This document shows positions 63,204-64,000 of a DNA stretch of 64,000 bases, in pieces. The notes under the pieces are model-generated. The model saw only the letters and a list, made by a program, of their open reading frames with translations. It was not told the origin of the DNA and searched no databases. The stretch's first letter is position 1. Each line of letters begins with the position of its first letter. Location: assembly GCA_964016885.1 (NCBI GenBank), contig OZ024742.1, forward strand, positions 251,348,001-251,412,000, in the 5' to 3' direction. This DNA is from Eledone cirrhosa (taxonomy: Eukaryota). Position numbers and translations under genes: made by a program.

Positions 63204-63364
63204 ATTCAGAAGTGTTTTCCTGGGGGAACAGTTCCCGTGGTCGACTTGGCAGAAGTACTGAGAACAGTGGCACTCCACAGAAGATTACTTTTCCAGATGA
63301 CCCTTTCACAGTGACCTCAGTATCATGTAGCTATGGTAACACACTCATTGCTACCAAACATTAA
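63204..63364 (+). CDS. NEK8: NEK8-like terminal coding exon E (D-SEVFSWGNSSRGRLGRSTENSGTPQKITFPDDPFTVTSVSCSYGNTLIATKH*)
   Basis: CCAG acceptor at 63200-63203, phase 1, TAA at 63362-63364; SEV.SWG...RGRLGR and P.TVTSVSC..GNTL.A resemble the NEK8 C-terminus. Confidence 0.92.
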
Positions 63365-63527
63365 CACCTGTTCTAATGAAACTTGTGCAGCTGTAAGAAC
63401 TACACCTGCAATAGTTTCAGTTATGTGATTGTCCCATGTGACTAACACATGCCTCAATTCTAGTCATATAACTTCACATATACACACCACAGCTGCATTA
63501 CTAGTTGTGATGTGTGTGTGTGTAGTA

Positions 63528-64000
63528 TCATCATCATCATCATTTTATGTCTGCTGTTTCATGCTTGCATGTGTTGGACGGGTCTTTTTTAACACAGAAT
63601 CTCTCAACTCATCATGTTCTTTTGCCAGCTCCTTGTGAGCTTCAGAAACTTGAGATCTTTTCTACCATCTCCATCCAAGTCTTCCTTGGTTTTCCTCTAA
63701 TGCAGTTCCCTTCACTGGAATTTCTTGGCACTTTTTCACCCACTGATTATCATCCATACACATTACATGTCTACATCAGCACAATCTTGTCTCTTGCACT
63801 CTACATCTGATTCCTTTTATACATAGTTTCTTGCTCAGTTCATTCATGCTTTGTCATTCAAGCACATTAATATTGCACATCCATCAAAGCATACTTGCTT
63901 CATTTCTCTCCATCCATTACATATCCTCTGCATTCACGGCTCATGTCTCACTACCATGCATTCATAGGGTGAGACCCTTCATTGTCACAAAGATAGTAGC
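63528..64000 (-). mobile_element. Old RTE LINE 3' fragment in or near the 3' UTR
   Basis: Colinear with 50105-50610; (CAT)n tail. Confidence 0.8.

Noticed and set aside
2871-63364. Alternative assignment to NEK9, RCC1, HERC or RPGR
   Set aside because: Motif order and termination right after the last RCC1 repeat fit NEK8 best; the kinase domain is outside the window, so a reciprocal BLAST is still needed
63365-64000. Polyadenylation signal for NEK8
   Set aside because: No clear AATAAA seen before the antisense RTE fragment; the transcript end cannot be placed

Overview
Repeat-rich animal genomic DNA. The SINE/LINE complement and microsatellite density suggest a cephalopod, probably an octopod, but that is inference. 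The only host gene I can support is the 3' half of a NEK8-type kinase on the + strand: five RCC1-repeat exons at 2871-2988, 8924-9074, 34300-34439, 57817-57978 and 63204-63364. All have AG/GT boundaries, compatible phases, and a final TAA. The introns hold a triplet-based Thr/Asn-type minisatellite (1-2780), an 18-bp minisatellite (~7.9 kb), a 70-bp satellite (~16.4 kb, ~235 units), a compact decayed Ty3/Gypsy element, a near full-length Tx1/L1-clade LINE, and RTE, CR1, R4-like and Penelope-like fragments, plus SINEs, Helitron-like elements and MITEs. The giant His/Thr ORFs in the track are explained by the minisatellite. Most notable: (1) the 70-bp satellite appears to have been born inside a SINE and carries a 5' splice-site motif in nearly every unit; (2) two Penelope-associated minimal hammerhead ribozyme relics reconstruct to an intact ancestor through reciprocal CpG decay; (3) a duplicated copy of an exon end has its GT donor mutated; (4) the last-exon acceptor is built on a LINE (ATT)n tail. 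I found no convincing evidence for a wholly new multi-gene system.
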